Source: Leptolyngbyaceae cyanobacterium (lineage in GTDB: Bacteria > Cyanobacteriota > Cyanobacteriia > Phormidesmidales > Phormidesmidaceae). Taken from it: a stretch of 64,000 nt of DNA. Positions 49,544-60,928 of the stretch are shown here, piece by piece. Both the position numbers and the translations under genes were made by a program. Position 1 is the stretch's first letter, and every line of letters begins with the position of its first letter. Below the pieces are notes generated by a model. The model saw only the letters and a list, made by a program, of their open reading frames with translations. It had not been told where the DNA came from and searched no databases. The stretch covers positions 1 to 64,000 of the forward strand of contig JBHJHA010000035.1 of NCBI GenBank assembly GCA_050331235.1. Reading direction: 5' to 3'.

Positions 49544-50596
49544 ATGTTTGGCTTAATTGGACATTTGACCAGTCTCGACCACGCTCAATCGGTAGCCCGC
49601 GATCTGGGGTATCCTGAATATGCTGATCAGGGGCTCGATTTTTGGTGTAGTGCCCCACCTCAAATCGTTGACAACATCAAGGTCACTAGCGCAACTGGGC
49701 AAATCATCGAGGGACGTTACGTAGAATCTTGCTTTTTGCCAGAAATGTTGGCTGCACGCCGCATCAAAACGGCTGCGCGCAAAGTTATCAATGCCATGGC
49801 CCATGCGCAAAAGAATGGTATCGATATCACTGCCCTCGGTGGCTTTTCGTCCATCATTTTTGAAAATTTCAACCTCAACCAGATGAAGCAGGTACGCAAT
49901 GTTTCTCTGGAATTTGAGCGTTTTACCACTGGCAATACCCATACGGCCTATATTATTTGCCGTCAGGTGGAGGCAGCCTCGCGGCAGCTAGGAATTAATC
50001 TTTCTAAGGCGACTGTGGCGGTTTGTGGGGCAACGGGAGATATTGGCAGTGCTGTTTGTCGCTGGTTGACGGCCCGAACTGATGTTCAAGAGCTGTTACT
50101 GGTTGCCCGCAATCAAGAGCGACTACAAACTTTGCAGGCGGAATTGGGGCGTGGGGCGATCGCTGACAACTTAGAATCGGCTGTCTCCCAAGCAGATATT
50201 GTCGTCTGGGTCGCCAGTATGCCCAAAGGCGTCACCATCGACCCCCGAATTTTGAAGCGACCTTGTCTGATGATCGATGGGGGCTATCCCAAAAACTTAG
50301 ATACCCGTTTTAATGCTGAAGGCATCTACGTTTTGAAGGGTGGCATTGTTGAGCACTCACTCGATATTGACTGGCGCATCATGAGCATCGTCAACATGGA
50401 TGTGCCAGCGCGCCAGCTATTTGCCTGCTTTGCTGAGTCGATGCTTTTAGAGTTTGAAAAGTGGTATACCAATTTTTCCTGGGGACGTAATCAAATCACC
50501 TTAGACAAGATGGATATGATTGGTCAGTCATCTGTGCGGCACGGTTTCAGACCTTTACTAGATTTGCACTCCTCAACAGTGCCTTCAGAAGCCTAG
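49544..50596 (+). CDS. aar: Long-chain acyl-ACP reductase
   Basis: [35 protein letters not shown] and FACFAE. Confidence 0.97.
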   Translation: MFGLIGHLTSLDHAQSVARDLGYPEYADQGLDFWCSAPPQIVDNIKVTSATGQIIEGRYVESCFLPEMLAARRIKTAARKVINAMAHAQKNGIDITALGGFSSIIFENFNLNQMKQVRNVSLEFERFTTGNTHTAYIICRQVEAASRQLGINLSKATVAVCGATGDIGSAVCRWLTARTDVQELLLVARNQERLQTLQAELGRGAIADNLESAVSQADIVVWVASMPKGVTIDPRILKRPCLMIDGGYPKNLDTRFNAEGIYVLKGGIVEHSLDIDWRIMSIVNMDVPARQLFACFAESMLLEFEKWYTNFSWGRNQITLDKMDMIGQSSVRHGFRPLLDLHSSTVPSEA

Positions 50597-50828
50597 GTGA
50601 TCTTCAGGGCCTTTACTCTGCTTCCCAGCGTTTGCAAGCTGCTTTGACCGCTTGAGGTTAAGCTTTGCTGGCTTGAATCAGGAAATTGGGTTGAGGTGTT
50701 GACTTTTCAGAGAGAAAAATAAGAACCGCTATGCTTTGAGAGTGGTCCTGATCGAACGGCCTGTCGATTGCCTGGGAAAGTAGTTGCTATGGCCAATCCC
50801 CTCATTCCTGTAGTCCGAGTCATAACCC

Positions 50829-51818
50829 ATGTCCCAACGTAAAACGATCCTGTTAGCCTTTGAGAAGCCCCTCGTCGAACTGGAAGGGCGCATCAGTCAA
50901 ATTAGAGATCTCGCAGATGATAATGATGTCGATGTTTCGACCCAACTGCGGCAGCTAGAGTCTCGTGCCGATCAACTACGTCAGGAGATTTTTGCTAGTT
51001 TGACTCCCGCACAGCGACTACAGGTAGCGCGTCATCCTCGGCGACCTAGTACGCTTGATTACATTCAAGCAGTTAGCGACGAATGGATGGAGCTCCATGG
51101 CGATCGCAGCTCTGGTAAGGATGATTTGGCCCTCATTGGCGGTATTGCTCGCTTTGAAGGGCGTCCAGTGGTGATGTTGGGGCATCAAAAAGGCCGAGAC
51201 ACGAAAGACAATGTGGCTCGTAACTTTGGCATGGCCTCTCCGGGGGGATATCGGAAAGCCATGCGATTGATGCAGCATGCCAATCGCTTCAACATGCCTA
51301 TTTTTACGTTCATCGATACCCCCGGTGCTTTTCCCGGTTATGAAGCCGAGGAAATGGGGCAAGGTGAGGCGATCGCCTTCAACCTGCGAGAAATGTTTTC
51401 CCTCGATGTACCAATCATTTGCACCGTTATTGGTGAGGGGGGATCTGGGGGCGCATTGGGAATTGGCGTCGGCGATTGCCTGATGATGTTTGAGCATTCT
51501 GTGTATACGGTGGCTAGCCCTGAGGCCTGTGCCGCTATTTTGTGGAAGGATGCGGGACGTTCGGAAGAAGCGGCCGAAGCGCTCAAGATCACGGCGGTTG
51601 ATTTGAGAAATTTAGGGATCTTGGACGTGCTGTTGCCTGAGCCCTTGGGTGGGGCCCATGCCGATCCGTTGAAAGCGACGGAAATACTGCGCGAGGCACT
51701 ACGCGAGAATTTGGAAACTCTGTTAGCGCTGTCTTCTGCGGAGCGACGAGATTTGCGCTATCGCAAGTTTCGGCAGGTCGGTGTGTTTTCAGAGTCTGGG
51801 CAAAATGGCCAGTTCTAG
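50829..51818 (+). CDS. accA: Acetyl-CoA carboxylase carboxyltransferase alpha subunit
   Basis: [27 protein letters not shown] and GEGGSGGAL. Confidence 0.98.
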   Translation: MSQRKTILLAFEKPLVELEGRISQIRDLADDNDVDVSTQLRQLESRADQLRQEIFASLTPAQRLQVARHPRRPSTLDYIQAVSDEWMELHGDRSSGKDDLALIGGIARFEGRPVVMLGHQKGRDTKDNVARNFGMASPGGYRKAMRLMQHANRFNMPIFTFIDTPGAFPGYEAEEMGQGEAIAFNLREMFSLDVPIICTVIGEGGSGGALGIGVGDCLMMFEHSVYTVASPEACAAILWKDAGRSEEAAEALKITAVDLRNLGILDVLLPEPLGGAHADPLKATEILREALRENLETLLALSSAERRDLRYRKFRQVGVFSESGQNGQF

Positions 51819-52108
51819 CGATCGCAGTTAGCACCATTAAGGCTTTTCGGCGGATGTGGCTGACGCGTTCTCCAGGGTGAGCACGCACTGATTCGCCAGG
51901 AGCCGTCCCCATTCGTTGGCTGCTATGCTCGGCCGGGAAATCTGAGAAATTCGTCAAAAGGTGTTTACGTTTGTTAACATCGTAATTACGGCAATTTTAA
52001 GCAAGTGCTCAAGAGTTCCTCAGATTTATCTAGCATTTTTGATGGGAGTGGCAATAGCTTTTGAGGTTGACCGCCTACTCATCAATTTTTTGAACATTTG
52101 GTTTATTC

Positions 52109-52834
52109 ATGACTTCTGCAATCCAACGGCGGGCTTTGATTACGGGTGCCAGCAGCGGTATCGGCCGCGAAACGGCGATCGCCTTCGCCCAAGCCGGTAT
52201 CGACACCGCGCTGGTTGCTCGCTCATCCTCAAAGCTAGTAGCCCTGGCGGCGGAGTTATCCCAGTTGGGGATTGAGGCGCGACCTTATTCGATTGATCTT
52301 AGCCAAGTTGACACTGTGAAGTCTGAGCTGTCAGCTTTAATTGCTGATTTTGGCCCTATCAATATCCTGGTCAACAACGCCGGGATGGGCTACACCGGCG
52401 CCCTCAGTGATATGCCTCTGACCGATTGGCAGCAGGTGATGAATCTCAATTTGACCAGTGCGTTTTTGGCGATGCAGGCAGTCCTGCCGACGATGCGAGC
52501 TCAGGGAAAAGGCACCATCATTAACATCGCCTCGATTGCTGCTCATAACGCGTTTCCAACGTGGGGAGCATACAGCGCGAGCAAAGCTGGCTTAGTGACG
52601 CTGGGCCGTATTTTCGGCGTTGAGGAGGGTGAGCACGGCATTCGAGTTATGACGATATCTCCTGGGGCGGTAAATACGCCGCTGTGGGATACCGGGACAG
52701 TTCACGTTGATTTTGAGCGATCGCAGATGTTGACGCCTGCAATCGTCGCTCAAAACGTCCTCAACGCTGTCCAACTGCCAGATTCCGCGGTTATTGACGA
52801 AATCACGTTGATGCCTAGCGGAGGGGCCCTGTAA
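52109..52834 (+). CDS. Short-chain dehydrogenase/reductase
   Basis: TGASSGIG, LVNNAG, YSASK and PGAVNTPLWD. Confidence 0.94.
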   Translation: MTSAIQRRALITGASSGIGRETAIAFAQAGIDTALVARSSSKLVALAAELSQLGIEARPYSIDLSQVDTVKSELSALIADFGPINILVNNAGMGYTGALSDMPLTDWQQVMNLNLTSAFLAMQAVLPTMRAQGKGTIINIASIAAHNAFPTWGAYSASKAGLVTLGRIFGVEEGEHGIRVMTISPGAVNTPLWDTGTVHVDFERSQMLTPAIVAQNVLNAVQLPDSAVIDEITLMPSGGAL

Positions 52835-52900
52835 AAGAATCGAAGCTCATCGATTTTAGGGCGATTTTGAACCGCTTGGAGAACTACTTACAGAATTACT

Positions 52901-53623
52901 ATGACTACCGTTTCTTCTAACACCAACAATGGTGCTAATTTGTCGAGCAGTACGGCAGATATTGATGTGAGCCAGAAGGGTATGACGGCAATCCGGCCGG
53001 ACCGGAGTACTGTCCACGGTGAAAGCGCCATGGCCAAGCCGGTGTCTGACGAAAGTCATTTAGCCATGATGGATGCCGTGCGTACGATGCTGATCTCTTT
53101 GGGCGAAGATCCAGACCGGGAGGGGCTGCTTAAAACCCCTAAGCGGGTAGCTGAAGCCATGCGGTTTTTAACTAGCGGCTATAGTCAGTCTTTGGATGAT
53201 TTGGTCAATAACGCAATTTTTGATGAAGGCCATAACGAAATGGTGTTGGTCCGTGACATTACTCTGTTTAGCTTATGTGAGCACCATATGTTGCCGTTTA
53301 TGGGGCGGGCCCATGTAGCTTACATCCCCAAGCAGCGGGTTGTGGGTCTGAGCAAGCTAGCCCGGATTGTCGAGATGTACTCTCGCCGCTTGCAGGTACA
53401 GGAGCGCCTCACTCGCCAAGTGGCGGAGGCTATTCAAGAAGTTTTGGATCCGCAAGGGGTTGCCGTCGTGGTCGAAGCAAGTCACATGTGTATGTCAATG
53501 CGTGGTGTCCAGAAGCCCGGTTCATGGACGGTGACGAGTGCAATGTTGGGGTGTTTTCAAGAGGATTCTAAGACCCGAGAAGAGTTTTTGAGCTTAGTAC
53601 GTCATCAACCTTCCCTTTTCTAA
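52901..53623 (+). CDS. folE: GTP cyclohydrolase I
   Basis: [39 protein letters not shown] and HMCMSMRG. Confidence 0.98.
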   Translation: MTTVSSNTNNGANLSSSTADIDVSQKGMTAIRPDRSTVHGESAMAKPVSDESHLAMMDAVRTMLISLGEDPDREGLLKTPKRVAEAMRFLTSGYSQSLDDLVNNAIFDEGHNEMVLVRDITLFSLCEHHMLPFMGRAHVAYIPKQRVVGLSKLARIVEMYSRRLQVQERLTRQVAEAIQEVLDPQGVAVVVEASHMCMSMRGVQKPGSWTVTSAMLGCFQEDSKTREEFLSLVRHQPSLF

Positions 53624-53681
53624 CGTTGGTCTTATGACCTGTGGGAGCCCGGTATGGCTCATTATCTAGGTCTTTAGATTT

Positions 53682-53719
53682 GACCGGAATGGACTTCGAG
53701 TTTGTTCCGGTTTTGTTTT
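53682..53719 (+). terminator. Rho-independent terminator after folE
   Basis: GACCGGAATGGAC-TTCG-AGTTTGTTCCGGTT followed by a T-rich tail. Confidence 0.6.
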
Positions 53720-53838
53720 GAGACGTACTGATGGCGGCATCCCAATTGATTTGTTGCGGTAAGGGAGTCGGGGTTAGGTGAAGGGCTAAAGCTGAGAATG
53801 TCGGTTTAAAGGTGTCTAACTGAGCCGCTTGCGCCCGA

Positions 53839-54522
53839 TCAGGGGGGGTGATCTGGGTCTGAAAAACTGTTGATCGCGGTAAACAGCTGATGGGTTTTGC
53901 TCAGACATTTATTGCCAGGAGATAGTTCAACGCCGCTGGATAAATCGATGCCTTGAGGTGCCAGTAACTGGAGCGCGGTCGTCACATTTTTTGCATTAAG
54001 GCCCCCTGCAAGAATCCACGGCACATCAGGTTCAAATTGCTGGAGCGATCGCCAGTCTAAGGTTTCGCCGGTGCCGCCCTGCAGGTGTGGGTGGTAGGCA
54101 TCGAGCAACACAGCATCAACGACTGACTCATAAAGGTTGACGGTTTGCCAATCACTCTGGGTGCGAATCCTCAGCGCTTTGATCAGCTTTGCGGTGGGAA
54201 TCGCTTGACGAATTGCTTGGCATTGCTGGGGCGACTCTTGGCCATGTAACTGCAATGTGGTTAAGCATCCAGTTGAGTAGGCCACTTGCAAAGTTTCGAT
54301 ATCAGCGTCGACGAAGACCCCAACGCGTTCCACTACTCCACAGCCTGCTGCAAGCAACGCTTTACCCATAGCGCGCATCTGTAAAGGCGTCACATATCGA
54401 CTGGACGTGGGAGCCCCAATCATCCCGATCGCTTGGGCGCCCTGTTGGGCGATCGCGACGGCCTGTTCAGGGATGCCCAAGCCACAAATCTTTACCCAAA
54501 GAGATGAATCTACACGGGGCAT
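53839..54522 (-). CDS. trpF: Phosphoribosylanthranilate isomerase
   Basis: VKICG, VGVFVD, QLHGQE, LLDAY...GGTG, ILAGGL and DLSSGVE..PG.K. Start uncertain. Confidence 0.96.
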   Translation of the reverse strand: MPRVDSSLWVKICGLGIPEQAVAIAQQGAQAIGMIGAPTSSRYVTPLQMRAMGKALLAAGCGVVERVGVFVDADIETLQVAYSTGCLTTLQLHGQESPQQCQAIRQAIPTAKLIKALRIRTQSDWQTVNLYESVVDAVLLDAYHPHLQGGTGETLDWRSLQQFEPDVPWILAGGLNAKNVTTALQLLAPQGIDLSSGVELSPGNKCLSKTHQLFTAINSFSDPDHPP

Positions 54523-54608
54523 GCCGATGCTGTTAACTCTATTAAACATTCTGCCAATCTTGATTCTACGGGTCTTTATGATTCAAAAAACAATGATCTG
54601 GTAATGGT

Positions 54609-54902
54609 TTGGAGGTTATTATCTTGGCTACTTTTTATTGGTTAGCCCAAGCGCAGCAAACGGTCCCCATGACACCATCGTGGTCTTGGCAAACCGCTTT
54701 GATTATGATTGCTTGCAATCTTTTTGCGATTGCCATTGGCCGATTTGCGATCCAAAAAAACGGTGCTGGCCCAGCGCTACCGCTTAGTCTGCCAGGGTTG
54801 TTTGATGGCTTTGGCGTACCAGAGTTGCTCGCGACAGCGAGCTTGGGGCACATTATCGGAGCCGGCATGATTTTAGGGCTAGGCAGCGCTGGCGTCTTAT
54901 AG
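54609..54902 (+). CDS. psaK: Photosystem I subunit X (PsaK)
   Basis: T..WS....IMIACNLFAIAIG...I...G.GP.LP and ELLATASLGHIIGAG.ILGL...G.L. Start uncertain. Confidence 0.93.
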   Translation: MEVIILATFYWLAQAQQTVPMTPSWSWQTALIMIACNLFAIAIGRFAIQKNGAGPALPLSLPGLFDGFGVPELLATASLGHIIGAGMILGLGSAGVL

Positions 54903-55067
54903 CGGTATCGGATCGCCAGCTCCGGCAGCGGCAAAGCGACGGATATCTCCCCTTTCCTTTGCGGGTTCTTTCTCAGCGACCTCTGACGACCCCACCTAAA
55001 ATAAAGAAAGTTGGCAGCGCTCGGCTGTCCAACAATTTATTCGGTTTCTGAACAACTTACTGAAAAT

Positions 55068-56267
55068 ATGCGTTCTGGTTGGCATTTTGGGTCCATTGTG
55101 GGCATCCCTCTCTATCTCGACACCTCCTGGTTTGTCATTGTGCTGCTGGTGACCTTTGTGTACGGTAGCAATCCCCTTTGGCAGCAGCGATGGGGAGATG
55201 TTTCCTGGGTGATCGGTTTGGCGATGGCTCTATTACTGTTTGGTTCAGTGCTATTGCATGAGCTTGGTCATAGCTTGGTAGCGAAGTCACAGGGCATCAA
55301 GGTCAATTCCATTACGCTGTTTTTGTTCGGTGGCATTGCGGCTATTGACCAAGAGTCAAAAACGCCAGGTGAGGCGTTTCAGGTGGCGATCGCTGGTCCA
55401 GCGGTGAGTTTTGCAATCTATACCATGCTGACCCTTTGTAGCCTGTTGCTAGCTTTGCCTGGTCCGGTAGAGGTCTTGTTTGCCAACGTCGCTCAAATTA
55501 ACTTAGTACTGACGCTGTTTAATCTGATTCCAGGTTTACCGCTGGATGGCGGTCAGGTGCTCAAAGCGGCGGTGTGGAAGGCAACGAATAGCCGCATTCG
55601 AGGCGTGCGATGGGCTGCGAGAACGGGGCAGATCCTAGGGTGGACAGCGGTCGTCGGGGGGCTACTGGCCTATCTGGCAGAGCCCAGCTTGGATTTGATC
55701 TGGATTGTGCTGATTGGGGGCTTTGCTATCCGCAATGCAGCTAACTATGGACGAGTCGCAGATCTGCAAGAAACCTTGTCAGAAATGACTGCTGATGACG
55801 CGATGGCAAGGGATTTCCGGGTTCTAGACGCGGCAATGACTTTGCGAGAATTTGCCGATGAGTATTTGATGCAGTCGAGTCGGGCCCCTGTCTATCTCGC
55901 AGCTTCCGATGGCCGCTACCGGGGAGTAGTGCAAATTGATGATGTGCGCGAGATTGAGCGCAGTGAGTGGGAATATCGCACTTTGCTCGAGATTGCGAGG
56001 CCGCTGACCTCGGTGGCAAATGTTCGAGAAACGACTTCCTTGGCGGAAGTGATTACGACATTGGAGCAAGACCAGCTAACTCGACTCATTGTGCTGACGC
56101 CAACCGATGCGATCGCAGGGGTGATTGATCGTGGCGAAGTGGTGCGCGCCCTTGGCAAAAAGCTGAACCTAGCGATCTCCGATTCTGTGATTCAGCGCAT
56201 CAAGGATGAAGGAGAATATCCGCCCAATCTCAAGCTTCCCGCCTTGGCAAAGAGCTTGGAGGAATAA
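55068..56267 (+). CDS. Site-2 (M50) metalloprotease with tandem CBS domains
   Basis: HELGH, AGPAVS, NLIPGLPLDGG and a C-terminal CBS pair. Confidence 0.95.
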   Translation: MRSGWHFGSIVGIPLYLDTSWFVIVLLVTFVYGSNPLWQQRWGDVSWVIGLAMALLLFGSVLLHELGHSLVAKSQGIKVNSITLFLFGGIAAIDQESKTPGEAFQVAIAGPAVSFAIYTMLTLCSLLLALPGPVEVLFANVAQINLVLTLFNLIPGLPLDGGQVLKAAVWKATNSRIRGVRWAARTGQILGWTAVVGGLLAYLAEPSLDLIWIVLIGGFAIRNAANYGRVADLQETLSEMTADDAMARDFRVLDAAMTLREFADEYLMQSSRAPVYLAASDGRYRGVVQIDDVREIERSEWEYRTLLEIARPLTSVANVRETTSLAEVITTLEQDQLTRLIVLTPTDAIAGVIDRGEVVRALGKKLNLAISDSVIQRIKDEGEYPPNLKLPALAKSLEE

Positions 56268-57012
56268 ATAATTCCTGTGCTCGCGCAGCAATTTCAACTT
56301 GCTCGGTCGGGGTTAAAGGGATGACTGCAAAGGTTGCCCCGACTGCCTTAGCTAATTCAGCTTGCATCAAGGCAATTAATGTCTCCAGCCAAGCTTGATG
56401 GGCTTGCAGCGGAATGACGGATGGTGCGGGTGACTGGGGTAGAGCCGCAGTCCCAAAAACCTGTTGATGCAGTGCCCAGTCGGGCCACAGACGTATCGAA
56501 CCGTGCTGGAGTAGGTGGCGATCGCGGCGCAGTTGAGCACTGCCAATTAGCTTGTACCCTGCCGATGTAGTTAGGTCCGCTGTAGTCGACAGCGCAAAGC
56601 AGTTGGGCTGATGGCGATAGTCGCGACCGCCTTGGCCGTATTGCAACTCCACCCCCAAGCTTTGCCATGCTGACACCAAAGCATCACAGATTTGGCGATA
56701 AGCTAGGCGCCGAGAGCCAACCAATGGCATCGTAATTGCATAAGTCAGATCACCTTGGTGTAAGACTGCGCGCCCCCCAGTCGGGCGGCGAACTAAGTCG
56801 ATGGATTGACCGTAGTGGGCCATCTGATGCCAGGCGGCGGGCCAATCGTGCTGGTGGTATCCCAGTGAAATCGCTGCCGGAGACCATTGATAAAATCGCA
56901 CCGTTGGCGGCTGATGACCAGCAATCAGTTGGTCAAGGCACCACAGGTCAATGGCCATTTGCATTGTGCCGTTTGCCACTTGAAACGGTAACAAGCGCCA
57001 AATCTGGGTCAC
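56230..57012 (-). CDS. Lipoate-protein ligase A / octanoyltransferase family protein
   Basis: MAID, RFYQW, SLGYHQ, VRRPTGGRAVLH, KLIGSAQ and LQHGSI. Confidence 0.92.
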   Translation of the reverse strand: MTQIWRLLPFQVANGTMQMAIDLWCLDQLIAGHQPPTVRFYQWSPAAISLGYHQHDWPAAWHQMAHYGQSIDLVRRPTGGRAVLHQGDLTYAITMPLVGSRRLAYRQICDALVSAWQSLGVELQYGQGGRDYRHQPNCFALSTTADLTTSAGYKLIGSAQLRRDRHLLQHGSIRLWPDWALHQQVFGTAALPQSPAPSVIPLQAHQAWLETLIALMQAELAKAVGATFAVIPLTPTEQVEIAARAQELFIPPSSLPRREA

Positions 57013-57066
57013 GGGCAGTCACAATCGCCACGCCAAGGACGGTGCAGATTTAATACATGGCATCTG

Positions 57067-57555
57067 CTAGTTTCCATATTCAGCTTGCAGCGCCTCATCA
57101 TTATCGTCTGCAATAGTGGCAACAATCGTCATCAGGCGAGAAATCTCACCTGGCGAAATTTCAGCCAGTGGGCGACTAGCGAGAACAACAACCTGCTCCC
57201 CCAAAATGCCAAAAGACGCTTCAAAGGTTTCTCCGCAGTTCATCTCCAGCAGATGACGCATGAGTTGGGGCTCATTTTTAGCAGGCAAGCTGAGGACCGG
57301 CGACCACACGGTTAAGATGTCTTCGTCACTGCTACCAGTCAGCTGCACAAAGACTTCGACGCTACCGTATTTAAACTTCCAGAAAGTGCCTTGGTCGCTG
57401 CGGTTGACCATGGCGCTGTGGTCTTGCTCGAGACTACTAATAACGGTCTCGATGACCTCTACATGATCAAAAGTAGCGTTATCCTCGTTTTCACTATCAG
57501 TAAATGTCGGTAACGGATTCATCCCGAGCGGTGTCGATGTCATCGTCTGAGCCAT
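57067..57555 (-). CDS. YbjN / CesT-like chaperone-fold protein
   Basis: WKFKYGSVEVFVQL, LMRHLLEMN and VATIADDNDE.L. Confidence 0.88.
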   Translation of the reverse strand: MAQTMTSTPLGMNPLPTFTDSENEDNATFDHVEVIETVISSLEQDHSAMVNRSDQGTFWKFKYGSVEVFVQLTGSSDEDILTVWSPVLSLPAKNEPQLMRHLLEMNCGETFEASFGILGEQVVVLASRPLAEISPGEISRLMTIVATIADDNDEALQAEYGN

Positions 57556-57702
57556 ATATACTGCTCATCCAAATCTAACCGCTGTCGGGTTGATCGAACA
57601 GACTAAGCGGAGAATTTTTAATCTGGTCACTACCCAGGGTGGGTCCAGACTCACCGAAAGTCTTCTCCGTAGTTAAAAAAGATGGAACGCCGGCACCCAA
57701 GG

Positions 57703-58791
57703 CTATACGGACTTGCGAGCAATCCAGTACTTACTCACAAAATGAACTTCGGTTTCAATCTCTTGGAACCCCGCTTGGATAAGGCGATCGCTCAAGTTGT
57801 CGTAGGTGTAGTCCCGATAGAACGGCTCATGGAACAGAGCAGGAAAGTTGATCATCATGGGCTCTAACTCTGGGGTATCGACCATTTGGATAGAGTCACA
57901 GATGATGAAAGTGCCCCCTGGCTTGGTCACTCGATAGGCTTCGTCAATAATTTGCTGACGAACGGGCCCTGGCAACTCGTGGAATAAAAATACGCAGGTT
58001 AGTGCGTCAAAATAATTACCCCGATAGGGCATATCCTCAGCTTTGCCCTGCACAAGCTGGGGCAAGGTGCCAGGGGTCTCTGACAAGAGTTGGTTGGCTT
58101 TGCGTAGGTAAGCAGGGGAAAGGTCAATACCAAATAGAGCGACCTCAGGGAATACTTCCCGCAGCATTTTGAGCGTCCGAGCGGTACCGCAGGCCACATC
58201 TAGGACTTTGAGGGGCTCACGGGGTTGCTCAGGCGATCGCTCAATTGTATCTGTGACAGTTTGCTTGACCTGCAAAGCCTGCTTGAGCGGGGCTAAAATG
58301 CGCCGACGCATCGGATCAGCCGTACCGCCAAACAGTAGCTCGACTTGGGTGTCATACAAATTGGCGGACAAATCACTTAGATAGCCGTTGGTTTGATGAT
58401 GAAAGTTGCGCAGATAGTAACGCGGATAAATCGACGTATCGATGTCCTGGTCAAATGCCTTGATGTCATCAGTTTCAATCCGGTCCCAAATGGCGGGCAA
58501 ATCCAACCAGATGGCGGGATAGTACTGCAAAAAATCCATCCAAGGATTGTCGAATAACAAAGACTTGGGATAAATGCCTGCTTCCGCGTCTTGCCAATCT
58601 GCCTCGAGTAAAGCCTGACGACGAGTGGAAATTTCTTCCAAAAACTCGGGAGAAATTGACTTCAGCTCAAACTTGATTTGCGGACGGAGCAGTTCGCGGA
58701 GTTGTGTCGCGATCGCTTTGTGGCCGAGGCCGAAATAGTTTTTGCCATCTTGGAAGGCTTGGTAGGCAAACTTGGTCAACGTATCAGGCAT
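57703..58791 (-). CDS. Class I SAM-dependent methyltransferase
   Basis: YPRYYLRNFHHQTNGYLS, VLDVACGT, GIDLSPAYL and VFLFHELP. Confidence 0.92.
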   Translation of the reverse strand: MPDTLTKFAYQAFQDGKNYFGLGHKAIATQLRELLRPQIKFELKSISPEFLEEISTRRQALLEADWQDAEAGIYPKSLLFDNPWMDFLQYYPAIWLDLPAIWDRIETDDIKAFDQDIDTSIYPRYYLRNFHHQTNGYLSDLSANLYDTQVELLFGGTADPMRRRILAPLKQALQVKQTVTDTIERSPEQPREPLKVLDVACGTARTLKMLREVFPEVALFGIDLSPAYLRKANQLLSETPGTLPQLVQGKAEDMPYRGNYFDALTCVFLFHELPGPVRQQIIDEAYRVTKPGGTFIICDSIQMVDTPELEPMMINFPALFHEPFYRDYTYDNLSDRLIQAGFQEIETEVHFVSKYWIARKSV

Positions 58792-58931
58792 TGGAGATAA
58801 GTCAGAAAGACAGCAACATAAATTCAATTATTATGAATTGTAACGAATCTTCAGTGCTTAGGGGAGTCAACGCTCATCGATTTTCCTTCAGTCATAGCCA
58901 ATTCGATGCCTGGATTCTCCTAGTGCATTGC

Positions 58932-58957
58932 AAAAAAAAGCCGCCCGAAGGCGGCTT
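58932..58957 (-). terminator. Rho-independent terminator of glnA
   Basis: Minus strand reads AAGCCGCC-TTCG-GGCGGC-TTTTTTTT. Confidence 0.92.
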
Positions 58958-59008
58958 GTACCCTAGATTCACAGAGGGATAAGTGAATACTGAGACCAAA
59001 CAGGTGAA

Positions 59009-60427
59009 TTAGCAGTCGTAGTACAGCGCTAACTCATAGGGATGAGGACGCAAACGCATGGGGTTCACTTCGTTATCCAGCTTGTACTCAATCCAGTTTT
59101 GGATGAAGTCTTCAGTAAAGACACCGCCACTGATCAAAAATTCATGATCTTCTTCCAACGCTTTGAGGGCGTCTAAGAGTGAGCCGGGGGTAGACGGAAT
59201 TTTCGCCAACTCTTCAGGGCTGAGGTCGTAGATGTCAACATCCAGCGGATCGCCCGGATCAATCTGATTCTTAATCCCGTCGATCCCTGCACAGAGCATG
59301 GCAGCAAACGCCAAGTAGGGGTTAGAAGTGGCGTCTGGGCAACGGAATTCCAAACGCTTAGCTTTGGGGCTATCGCCAGATAGCGGAATCCGGACCGATG
59401 CCGAGCGGTTGCCTTGTGAGTAAGCCAAATTAACCGGTGCCTCAAAGCCAGGAACCAGACGCTTATAAGAGTTAGTTGTGGGGTTGGTGAAAGCCAACAA
59501 TGCGGGGGCATGCTTGAGAATGCCGCCGATGTACCACAGGGCAGTCTGGCTCAAACCAGCGTACTTATCACCCGCCATTTGAGGTTCTCCATCCTTCCAG
59601 ATGGATTGGTGAGTGTGCATGCCAGAGCCATTGTCGTTAAACAAAGGCTTGGGCATGAAAGTGACGGTTTTTCCGTACTTTTTCGCGACGTTTTTGATGC
59701 AGTACTTATAGATCATCAACCAGTCGGCAGCCTGAATCAGCTCGCCAAACTTAATGCCTAGCTCGCACTGGCCACCAGTTGCCACTTCGTGGTGATGCTT
59801 CTCAATAGGCACGCCCAACTGAGCCATGGTCAACAGCATTTCGCTGCGCATGTCTTGTGACGTATCTGTGGGTGATACCGGGAAATAGCCTTCTTTGTAG
59901 CGAGGCTTATAGCCAAGGTTGCCACCTTCTTCTTCGCGCCCAGTATTCCAGCGGCCTTCAACACTGTCAACGTAGTAGTAAGAAGAGTGCTCGGTTTGGT
60001 CAAAGCGAACGTCGTCAAAGATAAAGAACTCTGCTTCAGGACCAAAGTAAGCGGTGTCGCCAATCCCAGACGATTTCAGATATTCAATCGCCTTCGTGGC
60101 CACGGCCCGCGGACACCGTTCGTAGAGGGCACCCGTGCGAGGCTCTTTGATCGTGCAAATCATGCTGAGGGTCGGCTCCGCGTAAAACGGATCGATCCAA
60201 GCAGAGTCTGGATCAGGCACCATCATCATGTCGGATTCGTTAATCGCCTTCCAACCGCGAATACTGGAGCCATCGAAAGCAACACCGTCAGTAAAGCTGC
60301 CGGCGTCAATTTGGCTGACGTGTACGGTTAAATGCTGCCAGATGCCTGGCAAATCGATAAACTTCAGATCGATCAGCTGAATATTTTCATCTTCAATCTT
60401 TTTCAAGATATCTTCAGCAGTCGCCAT
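59009..60427 (-). CDS. glnA: Glutamine synthetase type I
   Basis: [28 protein letters not shown]...[16 protein letters not shown] and RLEFRCPD. Confidence 0.99.
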   Translation of the reverse strand: MATAEDILKKIEDENIQLIDLKFIDLPGIWQHLTVHVSQIDAGSFTDGVAFDGSSIRGWKAINESDMMMVPDPDSAWIDPFYAEPTLSMICTIKEPRTGALYERCPRAVATKAIEYLKSSGIGDTAYFGPEAEFFIFDDVRFDQTEHSSYYYVDSVEGRWNTGREEEGGNLGYKPRYKEGYFPVSPTDTSQDMRSEMLLTMAQLGVPIEKHHHEVATGGQCELGIKFGELIQAADWLMIYKYCIKNVAKKYGKTVTFMPKPLFNDNGSGMHTHQSIWKDGEPQMAGDKYAGLSQTALWYIGGILKHAPALLAFTNPTTNSYKRLVPGFEAPVNLAYSQGNRSASVRIPLSGDSPKAKRLEFRCPDATSNPYLAFAAMLCAGIDGIKNQIDPGDPLDVDIYDLSPEELAKIPSTPGSLLDALKALEEDHEFLISGGVFTEDFIQNWIEYKLDNEVNPMRLRPHPYELALYYDC

Positions 60428-60611
60428 GTATTACTCCTTTACTCTCCAAGTCCTTACGCAACTTGTGTTCTGGGGCTAATAAAGTAGACAGCCTCCTCAA
60501 AAGATGTGCCAACAGCCTCCCTCATGAGTTAGAGGCGTTTGCATACCTCTTGAATGGCTTTGCACGTTATCCGAAAGATGTCTGCTACCGGAGCCTTAAG
60601 TTGTCTGACTC

Positions 60612-60653
60612 ATCCTATGGATAGGGATTGGCAGCTTTTGTATCAAGTTTTAC
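60612..60653 (-). promoter_or_regulatory. Canonical class II NtcA-activated promoter of glnA
   Basis: Minus strand reads GTA-AAACTTGA-TAC (60653-60640), exactly 22 nt, then TAGGAT (60617-60612). Confidence 0.92.
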
Positions 60654-60900
60654 TAAAGCAGAAACCCATCGCCGGATAGAGGCCATTTAATCCGTGTTTG
60701 AGTCTGTTTGGCGAATAAATTGGCTGATTATCAATAGGGCGTTGAGCGTAGCTTATGTTGGAAAATTCAAGTATGCCGCCTGCGGTGGATCTACTAGCCG
60801 GTGTTCAGGCTAGGACTGTAATCAAAGCCAGTTAGGTGGTTTTGCAGCTAGCGATTAACTCATTGATCGGGATGTAGATAGACCAGAAAGACGAGGCTGA

Positions 60901-60928
60901 AATGTTGAGAAATGTATCTGAATGTAAC
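60901..60928. promoter_or_regulatory. HLR1-like (RpaB) direct repeat upstream of apcF
   Basis: Minus strand GTTACATT-CA-GATACATT has one mismatch to (G/T)TTACAWW-N2-(G/T)TTACAWW. AATGT recurs at 60901, 60911 and 60921. Confidence 0.6.

Noticed and set aside
60914..60927. Second NtcA site upstream of apcF
   Set aside because: It reads GTA-N8-TAA rather than TAC, and is better explained as an HLR1 direct repeat.
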